Of a DNA stretch of 64,000 nucleotides, positions 1 to 13,079 are shown in pieces. The translations under genes were made by a program, and so were the position numbers. Where the stretch lies: positions 23,994,001 to 24,058,000 of the forward strand of contig JAQFVV010000003.1 of NCBI GenBank assembly GCA_028023455.1, read 5' to 3'. This DNA is from Epiperipatus broadwayi (Eukaryota > Animalia > Onychophora). Position 1 is the first letter of the stretch; each line of letters begins with the position of its first letter. The notes under the pieces are model-generated. The model was not told the origin of the DNA. It made no database searches and worked only from the letters and a program-made list of their open reading frames with translations.

Positions 1-176
1 AGAGAAGCTAGAATTTTTTCAGTCCATTGAAAAATAAATCTCTTCAATAAATATGGCAATGATGTTAAACATATTAAAATTTAAGCTACTATAAATAAGA
101 AGTGTGAAACTAAGTAAGCAAAGATCTTATATTGCAAATAAACAAACATGTTTGATTTCAAACATATTTAGAAAGA

Positions 177-346
177 TAAACAGGCAAAACTCTCCAATCA
201 GTAGTGCCACTCAGTGCAAGCCAGAATAATTAATGGATGCCAGAAGGCTTATGCATAAAATTCCTATCTAGTGTCTACTCATCCAATGTCCCCAGATTAG
301 TTTCTAGCTGTGGTTTTTGTCAGTGAGGCGCTTTGGATCTGAGAGA
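177..346 (-). mobile_element. Hammerhead-bearing repeat family (RZ), partial copy; left arm of a fold-back
   Basis: Aligns to the copies at 1638, 5996, 35629 and 52603 (aaacaggcaaaactctcc...gtgcaagccag...cataaaatccctatctagtg). The minus strand reads CCTCA-CTGACAA-AAACCACAGCTA-GAAA-CTAA-TC-TGGGGACATTGGAT. Confidence 0.85.
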
Positions 347-356
347 TATTTGGATT

Positions 357-1419
357 TGGGAATATTGGATGAGTAGGCACTAGATAGGGATTTTATGCAC
401 ATGTCTTCTGGCATTCATTGGTTACCCTGGCTTGCACTGAGTGGCACTACTGTGTATACCTGGGTCTCGTTTTATGTGGATTATTTTAATACGATTTTGA
501 AGTTATGTAATTTATGTTTCTTCTTAATATATTTCATATTTCACTATATTTATTAGATATCAGGAAATTTAAATTATTAATAATTTATTTTGACTTGAAA
601 TACTTTTTTTTCTTCAAAAATATAACGTTATATTAGCAGCGAATGTGAATATGGCCTGAAGCTGTATTTGGAATCTTAGCTTCTATGTAAATAACCTACT
701 TATACTATTGAGTAAATAATAATAATAGATTTATATGTATGTATAAAAATATCGCAATAAATATTCAAAAAATTTAAACTTTTAAAACGTATTTTGTTAG
801 ATATTAACAGAAATAAATATTTTTTTAGATTTTTAAAATAAATAATAACGAAGATTTTGTTGATTTTATAAACTGAGAATAATCTTTCTAATGATAGTGT
901 ATAATCTTTTTGTTTTGATTGCGATCTCATTTTTTAAATATAGAAACAGAAAACCATTAACAGAGCACAAGACTGAAAGTGGCGCTAGTTATACATCATG
1001 TCACGAATCTGATTTCTTACTAGTTTACAAACAAACCATTATTGTCAAATAGTGGTAATGACTAAAATATGTATGAAAAATGTAAAATTAAGTACTGTAG
1101 TTAATAAAAAAAGTTTGTTTTATTATTAATTTTTTTCAAATTTTTGAAATTTTTTATTAGTCATACTTTATTTCCTTATTTTTTTAATGCGAATTTTAAA
1201 GTAATTTTTCCTTGTTGCTTTGCTTTTATGCTGATTTCAGAAAATTACAGTACCTATCCCCCTTTTTTCAAGGTAAGTTACGTTTATTTTTGTGCGTGTT
1301 TTCTGAGGAACCTATCTACCGCATAAAATGAGACCCAGGCGTAGAGAGTTTTGCCTATTTTAACAATAGTTATGAGCAAGTATAAGAAATGGTGATCATG
1401 TGATATTTAATGGTTTAAT
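357..1419 (+). mobile_element. RZ family copy in the opposite orientation (right arm of the fold-back), split by a nested TIR element
   Basis: 357-456 and 1342-1419 are the reverse complement of the RZ consensus (tgggaatattggatgagtaggcactag...gcactactgt | gagagttttgcctattttaacaatagttatgagc...). Confidence 0.8.
457..1341. mobile_element. Non-autonomous TIR DNA transposon (MITE) nested in the RZ copy, probably TA-flanked
   Basis: Terminal inverted repeats cctgggtctcgttttatg (459-476) and cataaaatgagacccagg (1322-1339). TA lies at 455-456 and 1342-1343. The RZ sequence resumes on both sides. There is no coding capacity. Confidence 0.75.
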
Positions 1420-1637
1420 ACTTAGAAAGACTATACAACAGTCATTTTTACTTCCCAAACTCAAGTAGAAACCATGCATAATGCTAGCTGAAATCGATAT
1501 AAAATGTTTGAAATGCCCCACTGTTATATTCCTTCACCTAGACTCCCCCTTTATATAAAGAAAAATTAAAATTTTTGCAACCTATTGAAAAGAAAATCTT
1601 TTTAATGCATACTGCAATGATATTATATATAAGCCAA

Positions 1638-1905
1638 TAAACATCACATGATCATTATTTCTTATGCTTGCTTATAACTGTTATTAAAACAGGCAAAACT
1701 CTCTATATGCATTGCCATTCAGTGCAAGCCAGATTAATCAATTGATGCCAGAAATCTTGTGCATAAAATCCTTATCTAGTACCTACTCATCCAATATCCC
1801 CATACTAGTTTCTGGTTTGTAGCCTTTGTCAGTGAGGAGCCTTGGATCTGAGAGCACTGCACCTAGATCTTAGGATCTAATGCAACCCTCCAGCAGCTAT
1901 CTGTT
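1638..1905 (-). mobile_element. RZ family partial copy
   Basis: The minus strand reads ATCCAAGGCTCCTCA-CTGACAA-AGGCTACAAACCA-GAAA-CTAG-TA-TGGGGATATTGGAT. Confidence 0.85.
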
Positions 1906-1920
1906 TTGCCTGTTTTAATC

Positions 1921-2190
1921 TTATATATATTAAAATTCAAGCTATTTGAGTTTGGGGAGTAAAAATTATTATTGCATAGTCTTTCTAAGCATATTTAAAA
2001 TTAAGCATGTTTGTTTATTCGCAATGTGAGATCTTTGATACTTAGTTTCACACTCTTTATTTACATTAGTTTGAATTTTAATATATATAACATCATTACA
2101 GTATACATTGAGGAGAATTTCCTTTTCAATGGACTGCAAAAATTCAAGCTTTTTTAAATTTTATTTAAAGAGGGAGTATGCCTGAGAGAA
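1921..2190. repeat. Second local repeat module; inverted copies at 1-176, ~1420-1470 and ~1530-1635
   Basis: The reverse complement of 1975-2140 aligns to 5-176 (cagtccattgaaaa...gtgtgaaactaagt...gcaaataaacaaacatg). An internal ~24-bp inverted repeat lies at 1921-1944 / 2068-2090. Confidence 0.7.
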
Positions 2191-4599
2191 TATAGCTATG
2201 TGATTTTCAAATATTTTACAATTTATGTATAATTTGTAATATATAGGTAGGTATACATAGAATATTATTAACCTTAATGTCCATTATTCATAAGCTTTTA
2301 TTACTCAAACAAAATTTCAAAGTTGATGTTTAATTTTTTACAATAAATTAGTTGTAATGTTTATTTACAGACAAAATTGAAAAAAAAAAAACAGTTAATA
2401 AATATTTTAAAAAAATTATAAGCTTAATTGCAATGATGGAATAAAAGATTTATTCATAAACTTTGGAAAAATTCATACCCTCCCTCATAAAAAAAAAAGT
2501 TCTCTAATCAGAGATTTTGGATTAATAATATTTTATCTGAATTACATTTGAATCTGGGTCACTACCTTCAAATCCATGTCATATGTTCTGTTCTGTAAAG
2601 TTCTTACCTTACACCATTCAACATTTGTCTATTTTTTTTTCTATTATACTGTGCAATTTCTTCCATCATATATTTCATAATATCTTTAGAGCAGCAGTAG
2701 CTAATTTATTTTAGTTATAGAATTATTTTCAGTCTGATAAAAAATTTTGAAATTTCAAAAGAAGAATTAATAATGGAAGTATAACATTATTAATGCAAAT
2801 TGATAATTAATATCTTTTATTTCAATATTCTTTCAAAATTTAGTTTAATTAAATGTGAACTTACAAATCATCATTCAACTTCTATTTTTCGTTTTTAACA
2901 GTATAAAGTGAAAAAATTCACACATTTTAAACTACTAATTAGATTTCAAAAACTAATTTTATTGTGGATCTCTAATTTCAATCCTATGAACTCTTGGCTT
3001 CATGGAATCCAAGATGGGTACAAGGCTTTAGATATAGATTTTTTTTTTATCATTAATTTACTTGATATATAATTTTTTTCATCTACTCTATTTAGCACCT
3101 CTATTTTTCTAATGTTTTTTTAACTTAAGATTTTTATTTCTTTTCAAATTTACATCTTCGAAAATTATAATTTTTACATTTTTAAAAAAAGTTTTAAATT
3201 CAGGAAAGACAAAACTATTCTTTCTTTTCTGCCCCAGTGCTGTTAACTTTACATTAATTTATGTAAAATAATTAAATATTTGACAGCAATGCAAAATTGA
3301 ATGCAATTGCTATTAAGCATGTACATGAATTGTAAGAAAAAATATCCCTGTCATAAAAATACTCTTTTGTAATTTATGTCTACGAATGCTTGAATTTCTA
3401 ATAATAAAAATACGATTATTCAAACTTATGTGCTCATAAATTAACAATAAACATCCAGTAAAAACTTCTTTTTTAAAAAAAAAAAACTTAAAAAAAGTAA
3501 TAAAAACTGTCAAAACTAAAAAAACAAAACAACACAGTACTTATTTCTTTTTTTAAATAATAAACACACAAAAAAATTACTTTTAATTTATTTTGCTTCC
3601 ATCAGTTTTTTCATGTTGTTATTATTTTCAACTACAAAGTACAATCTCTGTTTGTACCTACTGTCCTTCTATATCCAAGACATTTGGCTGTAAACTTTAC
3701 TGTGAATACTAGAAACTGGCTAATAACAAATTCTATATGCATGTTTAACATATATGTGCAAACACACTCCTATAATACGAATGATTTTTAAAGTGTACAC
3801 ATTAATAAAAACAGTAAAATAATATAATTAAATGATATATCTAGAGAGATCAATCAGATGCTTTGAAGGGTGAAGAAATGGTTGATTGAGAAAAATATTC
3901 GTAGTGGTGTAATGGAGCCAAACCATTGTATTTAAATATTTGTATATATTTTATATTGTAAATACATGACAAATATCTTTTATATTTATTTACATAGTTA
4001 GGGTGTAATCAAGAATATAACTTTTGGCTATACTACAGTATAAATACAATACAAACATTATTTTATTTACATTCACACTTCATGCTTATGAACAACTTCC
4101 ATAATGAATTTTTTTTTTTTTTTTTACTTGTAACACTCTCATCAAACTCAAAATATTTTCTTTTTAAATCTTTAAATTCTTCATTTTAGGAGCAGTAATC
4201 AACTTTATTATTCCTCTCCAAAGTCAATTGTTGTATGTGTAAAGAATCCTTGGTCATTAGATGGTATTACTAATCAAATCTCTAGAATAGTTTTTGACTA
4301 TCTTTTATAAATAGTAGCATTAGATTTGCACTCTCTCACACACATACACACACAAACAGATTCTTTTTTTTTTTACTTCTTTTATATCCAAACTAATGAC
4401 TGAGATTTATATACCCACAATTTTTTCAATATGCCTCATTTATAAATGCCAATAGTCAGAAGCTAGTTTGAAAATTTGGTGATAGAGTGTATTACAATTT
4501 TATTAAAATGTGTTTTTTTACATTCTTATATTCTAATATATTTAATTCCTAAGAAATAAAATCTTTGTATTACTCTTTGTTTCATTTCTTATTTTCTAG

Positions 4600-5900
4600 A
4601 ATATACACAAGTTAGTATTACATAGTAAAGCATTCCCTCATGTGTTACCATAAACACATTTTTCTTATAATAAAATGCTTTCTGCTATAAGATGTTCATA
4701 ATCATTTTTAGTCTCTCATTTATTCTATACTTCTGATATACTAGCTTGAATTTTTTTCTGTTCTTCATAGTCTTTCTTATTTTTTATGAAAATATATTAA
4801 AATGAATTTTTCAATCATTTTTGTAGAATATTGTAGAAAGTATTGCACCCATTTGGTTTATTTTCCAATCAAAAATATTTTGGGTAATTTTATTATCTTC
4901 TCTCATAAATCAAAATCTTCTGAATGTTACTCAAAACATTCATTTTAAAAAGAGGTTCATTTTATCCTATATAGCTTCTTAAATACTTTATAAATATATC
5001 ATTATAACTTTCTTTATCATTTATACAGTTATTATTGAAGCATATATTGGAAAACTTAAAAGCTCAAGATTCTTGGATTGATTTTTCATTTTGATCAATC
5101 TTTCCTTTGAGAGCTCAAATATCATGTGATTCCTTAAGCAAAAAAAAAAAAAAAAACTTTATACGAATATTTATTTTACTTTGACAGGTACCGCCACAAC
5201 TTTCCAAAATATTTCCCTTATTCCATCTGTACTATATGAGAGAAATACCAGTTGTTGTTTTTAACTTTTTTTTTTTTGCTTTTTGTCATTAGGCAATTTT
5301 TAATTTTTTTTTGATTATTTATCTTTCTTATTAGTATTTTCAAATGTATATCTGTTTGAGAATTTATTACTGTTAAACTATCATTCTATTATCTATTCTG
5401 TCATCTATAGAATATAATTATATGCTCTTCCTATTAGATTTAATTTACATTTTCTTCACTTCTCTATCTTTAACAATAGCACAGCTTTATTAACAAACCA
5501 AATAGAATATAACATTGTTTTGATTCAGCTAAACATTTTGTAATAAATGGAAATAAAATAATTTCTCTTGTAAAAATAAATAAATTGTGGTCACAATATT
5601 TATATTTACAAACATTATTCAGAAATAGATTCAATGTCCAAAGATGTATGATGCTTTCTTCATTAACTCTTTTGAGTTTGTCTATCCTTTTCTGGATGCT
5701 CTGCATATTAACTCCACACCATTTTATAAATATCATCCTTCCACATTTTATGGGATTTTCTCCTTTGATTTGTATTTTATACATTATGAAAAAATTAGTG
5801 TTTTTAGTTCTGTTCTTTATTTATTTTATATATATGAATATGAACAACAATTTGTTATATCATCTCTATAACTTTATTCAATGAAGTTTTTCTGATTTGC
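4600..5900 (-). pseudogene. Possible highly decayed LINE ORF2 (endonuclease/linker) relic
   Basis: The minus strand is purine-rich. ORF 5470-5784 contains RID...CDHNL, loosely resembling the APE C-terminal IDY...SDH motifs. Confidence 0.25.
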
Positions 5901-5995
5901 TTTTTTTTTGTACAATTCTCAGATGAAAAGATTCATCTAAAAAAATCTTGCTAACTTTTTTTAATATGTTTTTTTATTTTTCTCATACAATGCTT

Positions 5996-6404
5996 TGTTA
6001 TTAAAACAGGCAAAATTCTCCATACACTAGTGCCATTCAGTACAAGCCAGAGTAATCAATAGATGCCAGAAGGCTTGTGCATAAAATCCCTATCTAGTGC
6101 ATACTCATCCAATACCCCCAGACTAGTTTCTCGCTTGTGGCTTTCATTAGTGAAGAGTCTTGGATCTGAGAGCACTGTACCTAGATCTTAGAATCCTTCA
6201 GCAGCCACCTTTTATCTCTATTTAACTACAAAACTATGAGAATAAAATTGAAAACACAAAAATATTTTCAATCCAAGCTCACTAGCTTATATAGTGATAT
6301 AGGTCTGGACTCAGTTCAATACCCATACATTTTGGTGTCTTTGGTCCACTATCCTATTAGGCAGGATTATTATTAAACCACTAAACATCACACATCATTT
6401 CTTA
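5996..6404 (-). mobile_element. RZ family near-complete monomer (~410 bp)
   Basis: Aligns over its full length to the reverse complement of 53090-53465. The minus strand reads CTTCA-CTAATGA-AAGCCACAAGCGA-GAAA-CTAG-TC-TGGGGGTATTGGAT. Confidence 0.85.
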
Positions 6405-7482
6405 ACCACACTTCTCATTCACACAAACATGCATGTGTCTAAAACAGCTAATTCAATTTGTCATTTGATTTCTTTAATTTGTTCATATCCTATTTATGTT
6501 CATAGATATATTCCTACTTTAGTTATTCTTCATTTTGACAAATCAATATTGCTAGGAATATTACTTTCAATATGCACCAAATTTTCTACATTGTCTCATA
6601 CAGTTACACCAATTTTTTTCTGCATTTTATTTTCCCATTACCACTACAGTTATTGACAGTGTTTATATATAAACTATATATTTCTGCTTCCTCATTTAAC
6701 ACCTTTAATGTGAATTTCATTATCTTTTTAAAATCATCATTGATGATTATTGCATTACCTGTATATTTTAAATTATTTATGTTCTTTATGCATTAATGTT
6801 TCTTTGTATTTTTATTTTATCCATTTCTTTTTGGATATATGAATATGCTTGTTAAAACTGGATATTATTGACTTGTGAATTTATCCAGTTTCAAACCAGT
6901 TTCCAATTTATTTGCACATTCACACTTCTGCTTTTAAATTATCATAGATACTTTTTAAAAGATTAATTAGTTTAATATACTATATTGGTAAGTGGATTGA
7001 GTAGTATATTTGGTTAAGCTATTGGGCAACATATGGTCATATGATAACACTTTGAAAAATATTTACTGGTCATGCGTATACATTCTCTGCCTAAAAATAG
7101 ATAATGAAAATAAATAATAAAATACTATAATCAAATAATGGCACATAGTCATCATAAGAGATATTTTACATAGCTTTACTCTAGCATGTTAAATTTAAAG
7201 CAATATTATTAAAATGTATTTTTATAAAGCTGGGATTAGATAAAACATTAATAATAAGAGTGTGCTTATTAAGGGTGATTTAGCACCGCATTCAGTAACC
7301 ACGATCGGCAGACCATTTAGTGATGCTCAAGTATCTTTGAGGTGACTTACTAATTGCTTTCCACTTAGCAATGTGCTATTTTTATCATTATTTATTTTGA
7401 AATTTATTAATTTTACTCTGCTGATGTTTGGTCATCATTGATTCAGAGAATTTTAGTGAAAATAAAATTACTTAAATGATGG

Positions 7483-7789
<307 letters not shown>

Positions 7790-8142
7790 GGAATCAGTAA
7801 CCTGGAAATGGGATTAATTGTTTTTAAAAGTTCTTTTACTTGAAATAATACATTCAAAGAAATTCAGAAAGAAATTGAAATAAGTTCTAAATATATAAAT
7901 AAAAATATATTGAAATGCCAAATATTTCTATAATTGAAAAAAAAAAGTATCTATTAATTAAGATGAACAAATCTTTTCTTTAAATGAAATAAATTTTAAA
8001 TCCATTAGAAAATCAATTAACACGCGGGATAATTCAGAATCAGGTGTTCTCATAAAAATGTAAAATTACACATCTGGTTTAGAGAATGTGAAGATAAAAA
8101 AAAACATCAGTGAAGTGTTGTTTGTAGTTAAATTTTTAAGTC

Positions 8143-8326
8143 ATATGCGAGATTCGAACTCAGATTTTCACATGACCCACAACTCTCAGTGCCATCTTAT
8201 ATTGCTGTCCCTCCTGATCATACGCATGTTGAAAAGATATCTTTTCAACATGTGTGTGATCAGCAATATAAGATGGCACTGAGAGTTGTGGGTCATGTGA
8301 AAGTCTTGAGTTCAAATCCCGCATAT
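8143..8326. repeat. Near-perfect zero-loop palindrome (hairpin element) with tRNA B-box-like ends
   Basis: The arms are reverse complements, centred on aaaagatatctttt (8232-8245). GAGTTCRAATC lies near both outer ends. Confidence 0.9.
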
Positions 8327-9249
8327 ATTATATATATATAAATGCAGGTGTTAAGCCTGTACAATGTATTAACTCTTAAATCATGTAACTTTTTTAAATC
8401 AATTTGATAAAAAGAATAAAATGTTTTTTTTGCAGTTGAGTTTGCATTATAAAAAATATCATGTGTTTTATCTTTATATGCATATTAACACATTTTACTA
8501 CAATGTTTCATGTAAATTCTATAAATAATCATCAGTTTACATTATTGATTTGTTCATGTAGCTCATGAACAAAATAAAATATTAAATATAGAGTATTCAA
8601 GGGTAAAAAAAATGAAAGATTGCTGATTACTGTTTTAGCACATTGGTTAAATGCCAAATTTCTGGCAATAACTAGGGTGTTTAGGTGACTCACAGCTGAG
8701 ATTTTTTTTTAAAAAAAATCTCAATTTGATTAATCAAATAGTTCTGTTGTGCGTAATCTGTCACTCTGATGCATTAACATTACATGACCTATCAAGCAAC
8801 TGATTATATTATATTATTTATTTAATTTTGCGACATCAGGTTTTTATATATAAACTATTTTTTAGTATATGTGTAAAATATATTTGCTTTATAATGCAGC
8901 TAACTATTAAATCAATGATCATTGAGTACTTTAATGAGCATTGAGGATTTCACATCTCTAACATTTGCATTATTACAGTGCTTAATACTTCAAATAGCCA
9001 TATGTCTGTCTTAAAAAAACTTATCCATAGTGTTGCCTTCTTTATAAAATTTAAAATAATAACAAAAAAAAATAAAGAAAAAATTTATTATTTTAATAGA
9101 TTGTTTTGTAAATTTGAAAAAAAAAAATTAGATGGTAATAAGTTTTTTAATTTATTCATCTTTATGTATATATGTATCTTATTATTTATGTTTATTGTAG
9201 TATAATATCAATAATGTTCTCTGGATAGAGTTGCTATAGAGTAGATGAT

Positions 9250-11150
9250 TATGTGATTGTAATATAGAAAATATCTTGATAAAATTCCATAAGAAATGAA
9301 AGTTTAGTTTAATATTAAATTTTAAAAAAATTTAATTGTAATTCTATTATATGTTTTACTTTTTCTTATGCAATTGTAGCTGGGATTAAACAGTTGATGG
9401 AAGCTAAGAAAAACTTAAAAATAGAATTCTTATACTCTTAATATAGTATGCTGAGCATGTTTTCAATATCTTTATATATAACAATATCATAATCATAGCA
9501 ATACAGTCACAAAGCATGGGTGAATGGTGTGAACAAAAATATGTGAATAATGTATAAACAAGTAGATTTCCATGATTCACTTCTTAAAGAGGGGAAGCGG
9601 GATTCTTTTTTATTTCTGATGTTAGCATTGTTGGTGATATGCCAAGCCTCCTATACCTTATGTTTTGTTTCATTTCATTCTTAACATATCATAGTGGTCA
9701 ATATTGATTCACAGGTATAGCCAAATTTGTTTTTGTGATCTACAAATATGGGTTTATGGTCAGAATTGTTTTTGACTCTTTTATACAGATATTCTTGTTA
9801 CCAGGATAGCATGAGATTCTCTGAAATAGACAGTGCTGCAATTAGTATGGTTGCAGGAAATCTCATACATGATTTGGGGGAATAGTTTAGGGGATGGGGT
9901 TGTTTTTGGACTTACTAATTATACAGTTTAGAGTAAGTGGGGTGCACAGGCTGATTCTGTATGTTTCTTAGCAAAAGTTTATATTTCTGGACACATTGGA
10001 AATGTAGGGTAGAGATATCCACTGTTTAACATCAGTTGAGATAGGTCTGGAATTGATTTTGGTATAAAATCTATTAACAGTATTAATGAGATATATTGAC
10101 ACGGTTTTTATCTGTGCTTTTGAGCCTCATGTCAGTAATATAAAGCATGATCTAGCACAAAAATTCTTACTGACCTGGATAATTGAGCTGAAGACTCTCT
10201 CAAAAAAAAAAAAATTATCGACTTTTATTCTGAGGGATAGCAACCAACTAAACTACCAAATGGGATATGTTCAGAATCCTTAACCCTAATTCCCATAAAT
10301 TTGCAAGTCTGAAAGCATTTCCATGTAGAAACTTCAATTTGTACAAACTCGAATCAGATTGCAAATCTAATATTGACAATTATATCAAAAACTTATGTCA
10401 CTTTGGATATAGTACAAAATGGTCATTAATATTATTAATAGATTTTATGCCAAACAATGTTAAACTCTGGATATCTTTATTCTACATTCACACTATAACC
10501 AGAACTGTAAACAATGCATAAACATACAGAGTCCATACCTCACTCACTCTAAACCACTTAATTAATAACTCCAAAAACAAACTTTTTCATAAATAGACCA
10601 CCCAAATCATGTACATGATTTCCTGCAATCACACTAATTGCAATGCAGTCTATTTCAAATAATCTTATGCTAGTTTGTCAACAAGAGTCACCCAGCTCTA
10701 ATATTTGTATAAAATAACCAAAAACAACTCTGACCATAAATCCATATTTGTAGATCACGAAGACAAACTTGATCATATCTTTGAATCTACTTTGACCAGT
10801 GTGATATGTTTAGAATGGAATGATGCATAATGTAAGGTAAAGAAAACTTGGTATATTGTCAACAATGCTAACATCATAAACAAAAAAGAATCCTGCTTTT
10901 CCTTGTCTAAAAAGTGGGTCATGTAAACTACTTATTTACATATTATTTATATTCTTCATATCACACTATTCACACACACTTTGCACTGTATTGCTATGAT
11001 TATGATATCATTTATAAAAATATAAAAAGCATGCTCAGAGAACTACATTAAGAGTAAAAGAATTCCATTTTAGACTATTCTTATTTCTAACTTTATATAA
11101 GAATTTCATTTTCAAGATTTTCTTAGTTTGCACTACCAAGCATTTAATTC
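9250..11150 (+). mobile_element. Decayed Penelope-like element (family 2), 3' part, with an inverted duplicate of its 3' end
   Basis: ~10600-10880 translates as TQIMYMISCNHTNCNAVYF...HKSIFVDHEDKLDHIF...NNANIIN (GIY-YIG-like). ~9400-9950 is the reverse complement of ~10540-11080. Confidence 0.7.
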
Positions 11151-13079
11151 GTATTATTTTTAATTGTCTATTTCAATTTCGTTTAAGATTGTTTGTTTTA
11201 AATATCATAATTTTCATCAGCTAACTGTTTATTGTATGTAAATTATATCACCGTGTTTAAAGAAATCAATATAATATCAGCAATTAGTTATTAAATTTAA
11301 CTCTCCCATTGGATGGAAAATTGATTCGTAGTATTACCTTGTCAATTCTGTTGGTTTGTTTAAGCATGAAAGCTGAAATAATATGATTTACTCATATCTG
11401 TATGCATTTATAAAGTCTAATAATAAATTAAAAAATGTATAAATTGTGTTTCATTTGGGTAAATATACAAATTTCTATACTAGAGATAATTATTTTCTGA
11501 TCTTTCTTGATGCATTTCCTTTTGAAAATTTTTTTATTTTTATAAAAGTTACTTTTCTCAGTGGAAATTATCTCAAGATTACAAGTTGTATTAATTAATG
11601 ATAATAATTTTATTGACAAGTGCATATATTATCTTTTTAAAATCGTAAGAAAATTAAACTGCTTGCAAATAAAAACTTGTTTAAATGTTGGAATAATAAA
11701 ATAAATAAATTTAATGATTAAAATAAATTTTTTGTAGCAATTAATGGAATCACTGAAGTTAATCGATTAATTTCATGTTCAGAGTTTTTTTGATCATAAA
11801 ATAATATTGCCATGATTTGCAAATCTCACTTTTGATAGTTAATTGAAATCCTACACGTCATTTAACAACAATTAATTTCCCATAAATAATTCTCAGATTC
11901 TTCAGTCTGATAGCTTTGTAAAAAAACATAAATTAAAATAACGTTGTTCTAAGAATTATCCTGTTGTAAAATCTTATTAAATCATTACCAGTTAGATTTT
12001 CTTACTCTTTTTTAATTATAACAGTTGTTTAAATAAATTAACTGTTAGAAGGTAATCTAGCCTTAGTTTAAACCTAGAAAACTTGTTTTTCGAGCGGAAG
12101 GATCGTAATTCCTGCAGAGCTCTCTCATCGATAAAAAAAAAGTTAAATTGTTTAAAAAGCATTAATTGTTGATGTTGATAAATAGTATTAAGGAATCAAC
12201 AGTTGTACTTAAAATCTATTTTTGTTAGGCATGTACAAGTATAAGACCTATATATATTATTTTAATTAATTAAAATAGTTAAAAAACAAAAGATACGTAA
12301 ACTGGAAATAGAGTTAATTTTAAAAAAAAAAAACCGATTAAGGAAACAATGAGAGCAGCAAAGAGTTTTGGGCTTACGGGGGGGGGGGGTACTATTACTT
12401 GTTTTTTAAGAAGGGAAATATAAAAAAATAATTAATATTACAAGATAAACGTTAAAACATATGAAAACGTTGAGAGAAAGATCAAAGAAAGTCATCATCA
12501 TCATCAACAACCATTATTAGAAATTATGAAAAATTGTGGAATAAAAATTTGATAATAATGTATGGCTAAAGCAATCATCTACTGAGCTGATGCTTTAAAT
12601 CTTTTTTCAGAATCTTTGTTATTTCCTAATGTAAAAGTAATCCTGCTCTGTACATTTCATATATATTGTTCATAAATTATATATTGGCTGTTTTCTTTAT
12701 CTATATTAAAAATACTATAATGTGTATTTACTACAATTATAGCATCAACCAAGAAGATTGTATATTAATATCTAAATTCATATTAAGAATATTTTTAACT
12801 TTGTAAGTTTATACATTTAAATTCATAATTTATGCAGACAATTATATAGTGGACTTCTATACAATCACCATCTCATGTAATTTATAAATCATATAATATG
12901 TTCTTTTCTCCACTAAAAAAAAGTTTAAACAATGGCCACCAAGTCATTTAATACACATTTTGTGAGTCTTATTTACAAATTTAATCCACTTAATTAAATT
13001 TATTGACTTTACTTCTCAAAACCCTTCAGTTTCTAGATATCACTACATTTGGTTATCAAACATCAAATGATTATTTTTA

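Noticed and set aside
2609-2735. Minus-strand exon ending at a gtaag donor
   Set aside because: All three frames from the best acceptor contain stops.
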